NCBI GenBank assembly: GCA_036253495.1
Contig: GCA_036253495.1_4125.1
Length of the DNA: 64,000 nt
Source: a phage
Direction: 5' to 3' (one strand)
The notes under the pieces are model-generated. The model was not told the origin of the DNA, did not search any database, and was given only the letters and a program-made list of their open reading frames with translations. Made by a program: the position numbers and the translations under genes. Positions 37,027-46,391 of this stretch are shown here, in pieces (positions within the stretch are counted from its first letter, which is position 1; each line of letters opens with the position of its first letter).

Positions 37027-37504
37027 TACTAAAGACTTTGTGGAATTGCATAAAATTCTTGAAGAAAAATATATCAATGAACAATATGGTCGATTCGAAC
37101 TGGCTCCAGATATTATTCTTAAAATACAAAAAGATGGTATGATCCGAGTTGTATTTGAGCAGAAAAGAGGTTTAGACCATGACATTTTCATGCTCTTTGA
37201 TAGCAATAGTCCTATCTATGATGCACCAAGTTTCGATACAAGCACCATTGGTTCACAATCCGCAGTCTTTCATCCAGGAACTACTGTTGTAAAAATCGAT
37301 GGTGTAGATTGCAACATGCGACCTGTATCATTGGATGAAATTGATGAAGTTGAATTTCAGAACAGTACTGTGAATAATTATAGTGCAATGTTCACCTACA
37401 TGTGCTATCTTAACAGTACTTGTTGCAAATTTCTTATGTACACATCGTATGTAAATGAAGATGAAGTACTACACTATGTATTGAAAAAACTAAGAGAATT
37501 ATGA
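37013..37504 (+). CDS. FQxS-family protein
   Basis: ATG 37010/37013 (track TTG 37001); motif DEVEFQNSTVNN. Confidence 0.65.
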   Translation: MEHFSTKDFVELHKILEEKYINEQYGRFELAPDIILKIQKDGMIRVVFEQKRGLDHDIFMLFDSNSPIYDAPSFDTSTIGSQSAVFHPGTTVVKIDGVDCNMRPVSLDEIDEVEFQNSTVNNYSAMFTYMCYLNSTCCKFLMYTSYVNEDEVLHYVLKKLREL

Positions 37505-37505
37505 T

Positions 37506-38108
37506 ATGATCATTGACATGCCTATTCTTAATAAAATGCTTAACCCTGTCATTACGTTAGCTAAAAGTATTTCTAATAATGAAAAGTTGCATCTCCCATA
37601 CTCTATGTTAACGTATGCAACTGATTTTTACAGGATTGAAATCTCGGCATGTGAACAACGAATTACACTAGCATTCAAACGCCTTGGTGCTGGACTTGCA
37701 AATGATTTTGATATTTCACTGATACTTCATGGTGAATTAGAAGATAGTAAAATTCTGTCCTATGAAAGAATTCTTCGCAGTACAAATGAAATAAAATTAT
37801 TCAAAACATTTTCACATTATAATGGTTCTGATGTTTCATATTATTTTGATAAGGATTCATTTAAGAATATCAAAAGTGTTGAAGTGAAAGATTTCAGCGA
37901 AGAATGGTATTTTCAAAATACATTAATTCATTCTTTACCTTCATATGAAGAAATGAAGATGAACATTGATCTTTATGAAAAATTAAAATCAGAACTGAAA
38001 TGTAATTTTCTATTATCAATGAACTACAAAAAGATCAGTACTGATGTGGTATTGGAAGATGAACTAATGAAACGAATTTGGTCTGCTATACCAGTTATTA
38101 AGGAATAA
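37506..38108 (+). CDS. FQxS-family protein
   Basis: track ORF; motif SEEWYFQNTLIHS. Confidence 0.7.
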   Translation: MIIDMPILNKMLNPVITLAKSISNNEKLHLPYSMLTYATDFYRIEISACEQRITLAFKRLGAGLANDFDISLILHGELEDSKILSYERILRSTNEIKLFKTFSHYNGSDVSYYFDKDSFKNIKSVEVKDFSEEWYFQNTLIHSLPSYEEMKMNIDLYEKLKSELKCNFLLSMNYKKISTDVVLEDELMKRIWSAIPVIKE

Positions 38109-38110
38109 TA

Positions 38111-38650
38111 ATGCACATTGCAACATTATCAAATACTAAAGAATTTGAGCTATGGCCTGAGAAAGTTAACAGCTTAAGACAGCGTTATGTGAATTTCTGC
38201 CGTGGTATCAGGAAAGCCAGTAGAATGTCACATTCACTAAGCATGTCAATTGATGGTTGTGTTATGAATGCAGATAAGAACCGTTTGTACGTTGAATCAT
38301 ACAGTTCGCAAGCTCTGTACATTATGCTTCATGCTGGTACACAAATCCCACAGAATTCGATTGGTTGTTATTCAATTACATGGTCTGGACGAAAGTCTAC
38401 TAAATTATATCCGTGCAAAAGAAACGACCAATCGTTCAGTGTTGATATTAATTACTGTGAGTACACTGAAGAAGAACACTTTCAGCACAGTACTCTTCAT
38501 GATATCATTGAGTACAATGAATGCATCAATGTACTGGATAAATGTTATGATTTAGAACATAATACTGGTATCGTTGTAGTTAATAATTGCTTTTTTGATA
38601 GTGATGTACTTGATACATTAGATTATTTTTTAGAGGGTTACAATGACTAA
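38111..38650 (+). CDS. FQxS-family protein
   Basis: track ORF; motif TEEEHFQHSTLHD. Confidence 0.7.
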   Translation: MHIATLSNTKEFELWPEKVNSLRQRYVNFCRGIRKASRMSHSLSMSIDGCVMNADKNRLYVESYSSQALYIMLHAGTQIPQNSIGCYSITWSGRKSTKLYPCKRNDQSFSVDINYCEYTEEEHFQHSTLHDIIEYNECINVLDKCYDLEHNTGIVVVNNCFFDSDVLDTLDYFLEGYND

Positions 38651-39260
38651 CATTAGAACAGAGTATGTTAAGTACGAGAAAGCACTACGTGATTTACTAA
38701 ACATTGCACCGGATTTAATTAGAGCTAAACAAACACTATTTGACAAGTACGGTCCGAAAAGTGAACTCAAGCTATCAAAAAAGGGAAAACCCACACAATA
38801 TACAACGCTGTATAATAGATATAGCGTTGGGATTTGTAATATCTATACAGATGAATTAGTACTGGAATTAACCCAAGACGATGATGAAGAAGCACATGAT
38901 TTATTTCCTGAATTTGAAGAGTGCATGTTTAGTCCAGGTAATCCAGTGTTTTTAACCTTAAATGATGGAAGAAAAACGCTAAAAGAATCGTTCATCACAT
39001 ATGATGCCAAAACTAAAACACTAATGGATATTGAATCTGGGTATAAGACTGATCTGAAATCACTTGAAGATTGTAAGGGTGCATTGTTTCAGATGGGTGT
39101 AATCACAGAGGTTACCACTACACCAGAAGAATTATGGCTTATGGTTTCAGTACTGAATGATTGGTACAAAGTGAAGAGTCTACGAAATATGTTCATTTAT
39201 ATCAAGCCTGATTGCATCAAGAAAGAAACACTAATTAACAATATGGTAATACCTGAATGA
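38643..39260 (+). CDS. FQxS-family protein (divergent)
   Basis: track ORF; motif KGALFQMGVITE. Confidence 0.65.
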   Translation: MTNIRTEYVKYEKALRDLLNIAPDLIRAKQTLFDKYGPKSELKLSKKGKPTQYTTLYNRYSVGICNIYTDELVLELTQDDDEEAHDLFPEFEECMFSPGNPVFLTLNDGRKTLKESFITYDAKTKTLMDIESGYKTDLKSLEDCKGALFQMGVITEVTTTPEELWLMVSVLNDWYKVKSLRNMFIYIKPDCIKKETLINNMVIPE

Positions 39261-39856
39261 AAAAAGATCCAAATGAAGACTTAATCAATTCTTTAAGTAC
39301 TATCAAAGATTTGTGGTTACGATATCGTGGATTGTATAGTGTTAAAGATACAGAAAATAACATACTCCAAAGTCTTAAAATCACGATTCGAATGCAATTC
39401 AAAAATGGAATGGCAGTTGATGTTGAGATGAACAAAACTGGAGTTTATGTATATGATGGTTCTCGAACTGCAATCTTTATGGCAGAATTCATAGATGAAG
39501 ACTGTAATCTATATTGTTCATACGACATTGAAAGTGGTGATATCGAAATGTTCGCTAATGAACCTATCCTGCTCCGTTTCACTAAATCATGGAATGAAGA
39601 TTACATTATATATCAAAATGGAGGCTTCTTAAATTCCGATGAGGAACCCATCGATAACATAGAAGAAATGGCATTCCAGAGTAGTACTGTTAATGATGAT
39701 GCATTATCTTATCAAGAAATCCTTGACACAGTGAATGGTTATGATAAGATACAGGCTGCAATGAAAGAGAACGGTATCTGTTACCTTACAGTACTGGACA
39801 AACTCTTCTACGATGAACTGTGTTCGTACCTGAACTGTATTCTCACTGAGGATTGA
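39257..39856 (+). CDS. FQxS-family protein
   Basis: track ORF; ATGA coupling; motif EEMAFQSSTVND. Confidence 0.7.
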   Translation: MKKDPNEDLINSLSTIKDLWLRYRGLYSVKDTENNILQSLKITIRMQFKNGMAVDVEMNKTGVYVYDGSRTAIFMAEFIDEDCNLYCSYDIESGDIEMFANEPILLRFTKSWNEDYIIYQNGGFLNSDEEPIDNIEEMAFQSSTVNDDALSYQEILDTVNGYDKIQAAMKENGICYLTVLDKLFYDELCSYLNCILTED

Positions 39857-40272
39857 TGATGATTCTATACCATGCAAGTACTGTTAAAATTGACAACTTC
39901 TACATTCCTTATGGTGGTTTACATATGGGAGGGAAGCATAGTGCTCTTGAGGCTGCGTTACGCAAGCTGAGAAGCCCACTGAACGTTGTTGATGCTGACA
40001 CGGTGTACTTGCATACCTTAGAAGTTGACGTTGATAACGTGCTTCTGTGTGAGGATATGGGTAGTGATGACGAATGGCGATCACTTATTGAGTATTGTGA
40101 TACTGAAGGTTACGATGCAGTTCAGTACAAGAATGAATACGAGCCGGACAATGTTCCTAGTTATATGATTTGGGATACATCTAAAGTTCGTATTGTTGAA
40201 GTTGATGCTATGCATATGGATGAAGCTGAAATGATTATCGAAGATTTTCTTGATGAATATGAAGGTGTATAA
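39853..40272 (+). CDS. hypothetical protein (locally more GC-rich)
   Basis: track ORF 139 aa; no family motif; composition differs from neighbours. Confidence 0.6.
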   Translation: MMMILYHASTVKIDNFYIPYGGLHMGGKHSALEAALRKLRSPLNVVDADTVYLHTLEVDVDNVLLCEDMGSDDEWRSLIEYCDTEGYDAVQYKNEYEPDNVPSYMIWDTSKVRIVEVDAMHMDEAEMIIEDFLDEYEGV

Positions 40273-40796
40273 TGACTGATTCAATGACAGTACTGGTACG
40301 TACTAAGTTACTATTGAAGATTGGTGAGATTTTCACAGATCTTATGCACAATCAAATTGATATTACAGAACTAGATATTAAGCAACCGTGGGAAATTACA
40401 AGGTTCTCGGCGTTCCACCGATTGTCATATAAAGGTGAAACTGTTCTTGATTTTAATCACAAAGCAAAATTCATGGATTATGCCGCGTTGTACCGAAATA
40501 ATTATTCAGGTTGTATAACCAATAACTTCAAAGGAATAAAAGTACAGATTGAATCAATTGAATTTAACGAATTACTATATCCAGAATTTAAGTTAACTGA
40601 AGAATCTATGTTTCAGTACTCACTAATTCTAAAAGATCTAGAAACTCTAGAGTACTACAGAGAGTTAGTAGATATTTTTATGAATGTTCGTCTTTCAAAA
40701 GATATTGTGATATTCTGGTATACAGAGCGTATTACAGAGGAAGTACTTGAAGAATTTCTCGTAAATATGACAGCTATTAAGGAGAATTTATGTTAG
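40272..40796 (+). CDS. FQxS-family protein
   Basis: track ORF; motif EESMFQYSLILK. Confidence 0.7.
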   Translation: MTDSMTVLVRTKLLLKIGEIFTDLMHNQIDITELDIKQPWEITRFSAFHRLSYKGETVLDFNHKAKFMDYAALYRNNYSGCITNNFKGIKVQIESIEFNELLYPEFKLTEESMFQYSLILKDLETLEYYRELVDIFMNVRLSKDIVIFWYTERITEEVLEEFLVNMTAIKENLC

Positions 40797-41254
40797 ACAT
40801 TTTAGGAAACATTGATACGGTAAACTTTTTTATTCAAGACGCAATTATCAATATCACATCAAAGCCAATCCAAGTTAGAAGTAACTTTTATAGTGGGGAT
40901 GGTTATATGGTTGATATTGTTGAAGTTAAGAAAAATGTTTTCCAAATCAATATTCTCACACAAACGAGAACACAGATTTCTCGTATCATCATCAATAAAG
41001 ATGAAGCCGTCATTCGTTATAATTCAAAATTCATGATGTTCTTTAAAAAGAAAACTGGTATGTTCAGTACTAATCTCTTTGATGAATCATTTTATTCAAC
41101 CGATGTGGAATCTACCTTCTTCACACAAAGTACATTTATCAAATTTGATAGTATTGAGTTCGATTCAAATATCATGTCAGAAACATTACAATGCCTAAAG
41201 GTATTACATAATGAATTTACCAACTTTATCGATAGCCGAAACAAGATTAACTAA
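40790..41254 (+). CDS. FQxS-family protein (divergent)
   Basis: track ORF; motif STFFTQSTFIK. Confidence 0.6.
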   Translation: MLDILGNIDTVNFFIQDAIINITSKPIQVRSNFYSGDGYMVDIVEVKKNVFQINILTQTRTQISRIIINKDEAVIRYNSKFMMFFKKKTGMFSTNLFDESFYSTDVESTFFTQSTFIKFDSIEFDSNIMSETLQCLKVLHNEFTNFIDSRNKIN

Positions 41255-41669
41255 TATAAATGAATTAGTTAATGCTATCTTATCATGCAAATTAAAAATT
41301 GATACCAAATGTAAGTACAATGGTATTAATTTATACAAATTAAAATATTCACGAATACATAATTCAGTAAAATACATTTACGGTACTAGTCAAATCATCT
41401 TTGAAACGGTTACAGTGAACAGTAAATTACTTATTGATGTTTATATCAGTAATAAGATTAAAAATTCACAAAAAGTGTTGACAGTTTCTTCTGATAATGT
41501 TACTATGTTTGATACCAACAATAAGAAGTTAGATATTGATTTAGATGTTATTCTTGATGGTGACTTATTCCAGTACGAGTGTATTGGTCTAAATAATCCA
41601 TTTGATAAATCAGTACTAGTCAATTTAATCAAACATATTAAGGGTATTTTAGATGAAACTAACAACTGA
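41211..41669 (+). CDS. FQxS-family protein (divergent)
   Basis: track ORF; motif DGDLFQYECIGL. Confidence 0.6.
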   Translation: MNLPTLSIAETRLTNINELVNAILSCKLKIDTKCKYNGINLYKLKYSRIHNSVKYIYGTSQIIFETVTVNSKLLIDVYISNKIKNSQKVLTVSSDNVTMFDTNNKKLDIDLDVILDGDLFQYECIGLNNPFDKSVLVNLIKHIKGILDETNN

Positions 41670-42153
41670 TATGAAACTTTGCATTTCTTTGATTATGCGT
41701 TCATTCGATGACAAAAGGACAAGTAAAGTTACTATCACCAATGACCATTTACAATGCAGTACACTCAATAGTACTGTAGTTTTCGGATTACATAGCCTCC
41801 GTTTGACGATAGTAAATAATATTGACAATACGGCGATGTGTATTACCCCCTGCCACGTTCAGGATGAACATGGTGTTTATCTTCACCACATGGGGACTTC
41901 GTATTTCATTTTCAATGAAGAAAAGGGAGTACAAAAAGACTTTAACACGTTGTGCGTAGACGGCGGTGAATTGTTCCAGATGGGAACTTTATATCAGTGT
42001 GATTTTACTGATACATCTGAAGTACTTCCATTATTTCTTGATCTCATTAAGAATTTAGGTTCATTTACTGGTCGCTATAACAAATCATTAAAGGCACAGG
42101 CAATTCAAAATATCTCGGAAGCAATAGAATATTACGAAAACGCTGTGTCGTAA
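41653..42153 (+). CDS. FQxS-family protein (divergent)
   Basis: track ORF; motif GGELFQMGTLYQ. Confidence 0.65.
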   Translation: MKLTTDMKLCISLIMRSFDDKRTSKVTITNDHLQCSTLNSTVVFGLHSLRLTIVNNIDNTAMCITPCHVQDEHGVYLHHMGTSYFIFNEEKGVQKDFNTLCVDGGELFQMGTLYQCDFTDTSEVLPLFLDLIKNLGSFTGRYNKSLKAQAIQNISEAIEYYENAVS

Positions 42154-42193
42154 CACCAGCACATGGATGTGCGATGACGATCAAGGATAGATC

Positions 42194-42667
42194 ATGGAGA
42201 TTAAAACTGTTGAAAACGGAAAGATTGATGACATTTTAGAGTTGGACGCTTTCAAAGTGCATGATATAATGTTTAACGTAAGAGACATTATCCAATGCCT
42301 TTTCTTGTGCAGCAAGTCAATGTATGAACATTTCCATTGCCCACGTACTAATATTTTTATACTAACTATCAGTACTGAAAACTCATTTATAATGGGTATA
42401 CCAATGAATACGAATGAAGAATATATTGATTGTGTTGTTCGTAATGATCCTTCTATCACACCACAGAGTGAAGTGCATAAGAAGAAAAATACATATACTA
42501 TTAAAGACGATAAAATTATGATGTGCGTTACCAAGGGTTTTCTACTTGACAACTTCATAATCAAAGATAGTTATCATGACTTTAAAGTATCTGAGAAGCA
42601 AGTCAACGTAGTTCTATATGCAAGTGATATCGAGAGCCTTACAGTGAAAGATCCAGACCTGGAGTAA
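42194..42667 (+). CDS. hypothetical protein
   Basis: track ORF 157 aa; no family motif. Confidence 0.6.
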   Translation: MEIKTVENGKIDDILELDAFKVHDIMFNVRDIIQCLFLCSKSMYEHFHCPRTNIFILTISTENSFIMGIPMNTNEEYIDCVVRNDPSITPQSEVHKKKNTYTIKDDKIMMCVTKGFLLDNFIIKDSYHDFKVSEKQVNVVLYASDIESLTVKDPDLE

Positions 42668-42669
42668 TT

Positions 42670-42807
42670 ATGGCTAAGAAATCTAAAGTAAACAACTTTG
42701 TTGCAAAGCACTGTAATGAGTTTAATAAGGCTCAAGTGCACGTGGACCGCAAGAAAGCTGCAAAAAATGGAAAAATTAAACACCAGTCGAGATTTTATCT
42801 CGACTAA
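42670..42807 (+). CDS. hypothetical small basic protein (45 aa)
   Basis: SD GGAG + ATG 42670..TAA 42807 read by eye; Lys-rich. Confidence 0.4.
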   Translation: MAKKSKVNNFVAKHCNEFNKAQVHVDRKKAAKNGKIKHQSRFYLD

Positions 42808-42813
42808 TTTTTT
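42786..42813 (+). terminator. putative terminator overlapping the end of the small basic ORF
   Basis: GTCGAGATTTTATCTCGAC hairpin then TAATTTTTT. Confidence 0.5.
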
Positions 42814-42829
42814 GTCCGAGGAAATGTAA

Positions 42830-43666
42830 ATGTTCTTAAACTTCAAAGAGTATTCAGTACTTGATCATATCAAGATTCTATCTGAGAATCCTGAAACATT
42901 TGGTGCAGTAAAAACAGCAAATGGAGAATCTTATGATGTTTATAACATTACAGGACATACTGTTTCTGTAAAAAACAATATCCGTCCTTCGACACTAGAT
43001 ATTAATATTCGTAATAATGAAACTTATGAAACTTCACTATCATACGAATATGATTCAGATCTTAAGTCTGAAATATTCAACACACCATCAGTCCATTATT
43101 ACAAGTCAGAAGATACAATTCGTTACCGAGATACCACGATTAATGATATAGTTTTTAATCGTAGAATTAATGCCAGTGGTATAGTTTCAGTTCGTAGTAC
43201 TGATAGATTTGCAAAATATACTGTCGAAAATAATGTACGATCATTTGAAACAACTTTCCGTCTAACACAAGGTACAGAAGAAAGCAACATCACACTCCAA
43301 GAACGTTTGTCATCAGACGGGATTATTATGCGTAGTGTTGCTTTTTTCAGATATAACACCGAAGATGGGCGTCCAGTGATGTGTGATTTGGATATCACTC
43401 GTACAGGTGATAAAACAATTGCCACTATAACCTCTGGATACCGACATTCGTTTACATTAGAACTGGATGTACCTGATGCATCATTACTTGGTATTTTTGA
43501 TCCGCTGGCAGCATTTCAAGCAGAGTTAGTACTGAACCCTAAGCAGTACGAGATTCTTGATATCTTACGTAAAGGCATAGTTAATAAGTTGAAAACTTAC
43601 CAACAGTTAGGTGGTAAGATGAGTATAGTTAATACTATTCTCGAAAATATTGAAAGAGTAAGTTAA
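42830..43666 (+). CDS. hypothetical protein (278 aa) with weak FQxxL motif
   Basis: track ORF; SD GAGGAAA; motif LAAFQAELVLN near C-terminus. Confidence 0.65.
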   Translation: MFLNFKEYSVLDHIKILSENPETFGAVKTANGESYDVYNITGHTVSVKNNIRPSTLDINIRNNETYETSLSYEYDSDLKSEIFNTPSVHYYKSEDTIRYRDTTINDIVFNRRINASGIVSVRSTDRFAKYTVENNVRSFETTFRLTQGTEESNITLQERLSSDGIIMRSVAFFRYNTEDGRPVMCDLDITRTGDKTIATITSGYRHSFTLELDVPDASLLGIFDPLAAFQAELVLNPKQYEILDILRKGIVNKLKTYQQLGGKMSIVNTILENIERVS

Positions 43667-43686
43667 TACATGGAGATAGATTTAGT

Positions 43687-43989
43687 ATGGATACTAAATT
43701 TGAAATTAAATTCTTGACACAACCATATACTCCTAATACTGGGAAACGTTTTATTCCTGAAGGAGCAGTAGAGGTTGTTCACCCTGATGGTACTAAATTG
43801 TATTTGAATCCATGTTCATATGAGCGTGCTGTTGAAATGCTTATCATGAACTGTAAGCACAATACAAAGACAGAGGACAGTAAGTACATCAGTTATCTAT
43901 ATAGCGAGCACATCCTCGACTTCCAAGACGAGAATATGTTCATCCTTGCAATTCAAGACTTTGAAAATTGGATTGAAAATATTGTCTAA
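43687..43989 (+). CDS. hypothetical protein
   Basis: track ORF 100 aa; SD TGGAGA. Confidence 0.65.
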   Translation: MDTKFEIKFLTQPYTPNTGKRFIPEGAVEVVHPDGTKLYLNPCSYERAVEMLIMNCKHNTKTEDSKYISYLYSEHILDFQDENMFILAIQDFENWIENIV

Positions 43990-44055
43990 AATCATCTGGA
44001 CATATGACAATTCAATGATATAATGTTCGCATCTTTTTGATAAACGGAGATAAAG

Positions 44056-44442
44056 ATGAATACAAGTTCTATTCTAAAAGCAATTGGTGGTGTACTTCTC
44101 ATCGAGGTACAAGGTGAACCAAAACTATGTTGTTTAGAAGATATGAAACAAACTAAATTCTTTGGTACTGGTCAGATTTTCAATGCAATTCGTGTTTTGA
44201 ATGATAAAACAGTAGGTGACTACGGTCGTGCATGGCCTAACTATCGCAATGACGAAGGTGAAATCAGTACTGACTGGAAAACAATTGAAGCTGTTCGTCA
44301 GAATTGTGATTCAGATTGGGATTTCATTGTTGAAGTGTGTAATCAACTTCAAGAAGAAGTACCAGAGATTGTTGAACGTAAAGAAGTACTATCACAGCTA
44401 GAGAAGTTCCGTCACGGAACACTACAATACGAAGTACTGTAA
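44056..44442 (+). CDS. hypothetical protein
   Basis: track ORF 128 aa; SD ACGGAGA. Confidence 0.65.
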   Translation: MNTSSILKAIGGVLLIEVQGEPKLCCLEDMKQTKFFGTGQIFNAIRVLNDKTVGDYGRAWPNYRNDEGEISTDWKTIEAVRQNCDSDWDFIVEVCNQLQEEVPEIVERKEVLSQLEKFRHGTLQYEVL

Positions 44443-44496
44443 TATCTCCGATTATTAAAACAAACTAATTAAACATTATATAAAAAGGAATTTAAA

Positions 44497-44805
44497 ATGG
44501 AAGACAACGGAATGAAATTTGATATGTTTGAAGGTGTACCAGAGTTTGATTTCAACAAGCTTGAAAATGGCGAAGAAGCAGAACTCGTAAGTGTTACCTT
44601 AAAATCGGATACTAAGAAGAAATACTCTTCAGCAGTTCGTGCTCGTTCACAAGAAGAATATGAAACGTTCATTGAAAGTATTCATTATGAAACAATGACT
44701 CGTGCAGATGGAAGTACTTATGAAGTTCGCGTTACAGTACTGAAACCTGAAGTTAATCCTCTTGAGAATTTGAAACCAGTCTACTGCTGGGGAACCTCAA
44801 ACTAA
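44497..44805 (+). CDS. hypothetical protein
   Basis: track ORF 102 aa; SD AAAAGGAA. Confidence 0.65.
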   Translation: MEDNGMKFDMFEGVPEFDFNKLENGEEAELVSVTLKSDTKKKYSSAVRARSQEEYETFIESIHYETMTRADGSTYEVRVTVLKPEVNPLENLKPVYCWGTSN

Positions 44806-44820
44806 TACATAATAAAAAAA

Positions 44821-44846
44821 GGTCGGGAATATTCTCGGCCTTTTTG
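44821..44846 (+). terminator. rho-independent terminator
   Basis: GGTCGGGAATATTCTCGGCC hairpin then TTTTT. Confidence 0.75.
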
Positions 44847-44859
44847 TCTATGAGGCACT

Positions 44860-45699
44860 ATGAAATTAAATTTTATTATCAACTTTAATGTTAAAGAAAC
44901 CGATCATTACGCATCAGAAGATGACCGTGTTGCACCAGCTTCGTCTGAATACATCAGAAATGAAAATGTCCATATGCATGAAAATTATTTCGACTTTGGT
45001 AATTTTATTATCTACCGTGGATTTAAGGATGTTGTATTCCGTTCCAGATATGAAGACTTTGAACATGCACTCATTGATGTACCAGATGAATTAGTATTCC
45101 AGTTCATGTTACTTGGTATTAAAGATTATGACTTTATAGTTTATAACCATTATACTAAGCGTATTATGATTGGTAATGATTCATATGATCTTACTTATTA
45201 TTCCAGTACTGATGAAGATTTAGAAAATATTAAACGCCGTTCTGGTGGTATACGTAATTGTTCATCTTCAAACTCCAGTAGAATGAGTGAAAGGTTTTTT
45301 GATTTCAAAAATAGCAATAATAACGACTGTGAAGACGCGGACAATACTGAACATGTAATGTTTGAAATTGACCACAATAATGGATATAATGACTTCCTTA
45401 ATGTTCTGAAGCCTTATATCAATCATAAATTCATCAAAGATGTAAATCTGGTAGCTCGTGACTTACAGTACAGTGATCGTACTGGTGGTATGCCTGTACC
45501 AATGGATCGTGTATGTACGAACAATACAGTGTTTAATGTACCACGAGAAGATGTTGCATTTGTATTTCTGGCATTTTTGAATTCAGATGCACTATGGGAC
45601 GATAATGAAAGACAATTTAGTTCAAGACATATTGAAATAATTCGTCAAAATACATTACTACTGTGGAAGAAATTTACTGAAAATACCCAGGACAAATAA
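44860..45699 (+). CDS. hypothetical protein (279 aa), FQxS-like motif
   Basis: track ORF; motif DELVFQFMLLGI. Confidence 0.65.
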   Translation: MKLNFIINFNVKETDHYASEDDRVAPASSEYIRNENVHMHENYFDFGNFIIYRGFKDVVFRSRYEDFEHALIDVPDELVFQFMLLGIKDYDFIVYNHYTKRIMIGNDSYDLTYYSSTDEDLENIKRRSGGIRNCSSSNSSRMSERFFDFKNSNNNDCEDADNTEHVMFEIDHNNGYNDFLNVLKPYINHKFIKDVNLVARDLQYSDRTGGMPVPMDRVCTNNTVFNVPREDVAFVFLAFLNSDALWDDNERQFSSRHIEIIRQNTLLLWKKFTENTQDK

Positions 45700-45719
45700 A
45701 TTCTTGGTGATATAATGAT

Positions 45720-45752
45720 GAGTGGCAATATATCTTTGTCACTCTTTTTTTT
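45720..45752 (+). terminator. rho-independent terminator
   Basis: GAGTGGCAA..TTGTCACTC hairpin (one G-U) then TTTTTTTT. Confidence 0.7.
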
Positions 45753-46391
45753 AATCCTGAAAGGTTCCATATGGAAATGATTAAGAGCCTAATCCACTCG
45801 AAAATGTAGAGGGTAGATGAGTAGTCCTTTCAGTACGAACAGCAGATGAAACCCGTCAGATGTGGGCATATTATGAACCCCTCACGGCAATGCGGCTGTA
45901 TAAAGAACTCCGATAAGCACACAGAGAGTTCCTAGATAGACATATAAGGATCGCACCTTACCAGATTTGCTAAGGGAGATTTCATTAGAAATTGCGGTCA
46001 ACTATTTGTACAAGATAGTTGCGTCCAAAATTTGGTGAAATCAAATACCAGTACTGTTCATATGGTACTCGTATTATGTGTCGGGATGTTTAAGACCGAC
46101 GACCGTTGCTACAAGAACCGCGATAGAGAGAAACAGAGCAACCCGCTTTCGCCTCGTTAAGAGAATTCGTGATATGAAATATGTGAAGACCACCAGCGTC
46201 AAATTTTAATTCTTTCCCCCAGTGGGGGGATGAAATATGCTCTTCCAAACCTCGTCAATATTAATTAAAACCATTTAGTACTATTAGAATTATTCAGAGC
46301 GTAGCGATGAATTAATTCTACTGATGTTGATTGAGTGCTAACGAAATCAATATCGAGTACATTATTTGATGTTTCCTAAAAAGGAATAATA
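45753..46391. other. ORF-free, GC-enriched intergenic island; candidate structured RNA or degraded insert
   Basis: no ORF >=60 aa in any frame over ~640 bp in an otherwise gene-dense window; visibly more G+C; hairpin CCCCCAGTGGGGGG at ~46216-46229. Confidence 0.3.

Noticed and set aside
12958-45699. Resemblance of the family motif (E-x-x-Y-F-Q-x-S) to the potyviral/TEV protease site ENLYFQ|S
   Set aside because: No protease gene recognised in the window and the resemblance may be coincidental; noted as a testable idea, not asserted as a cleavage site.
45753-46391. tRNA gene(s) in the ORF-free GC-enriched island
   Set aside because: No segment with the GTTCRANYC T-loop consensus and matching acceptor-stem pairing found by eye; kept only as a generic structured-RNA candidate.
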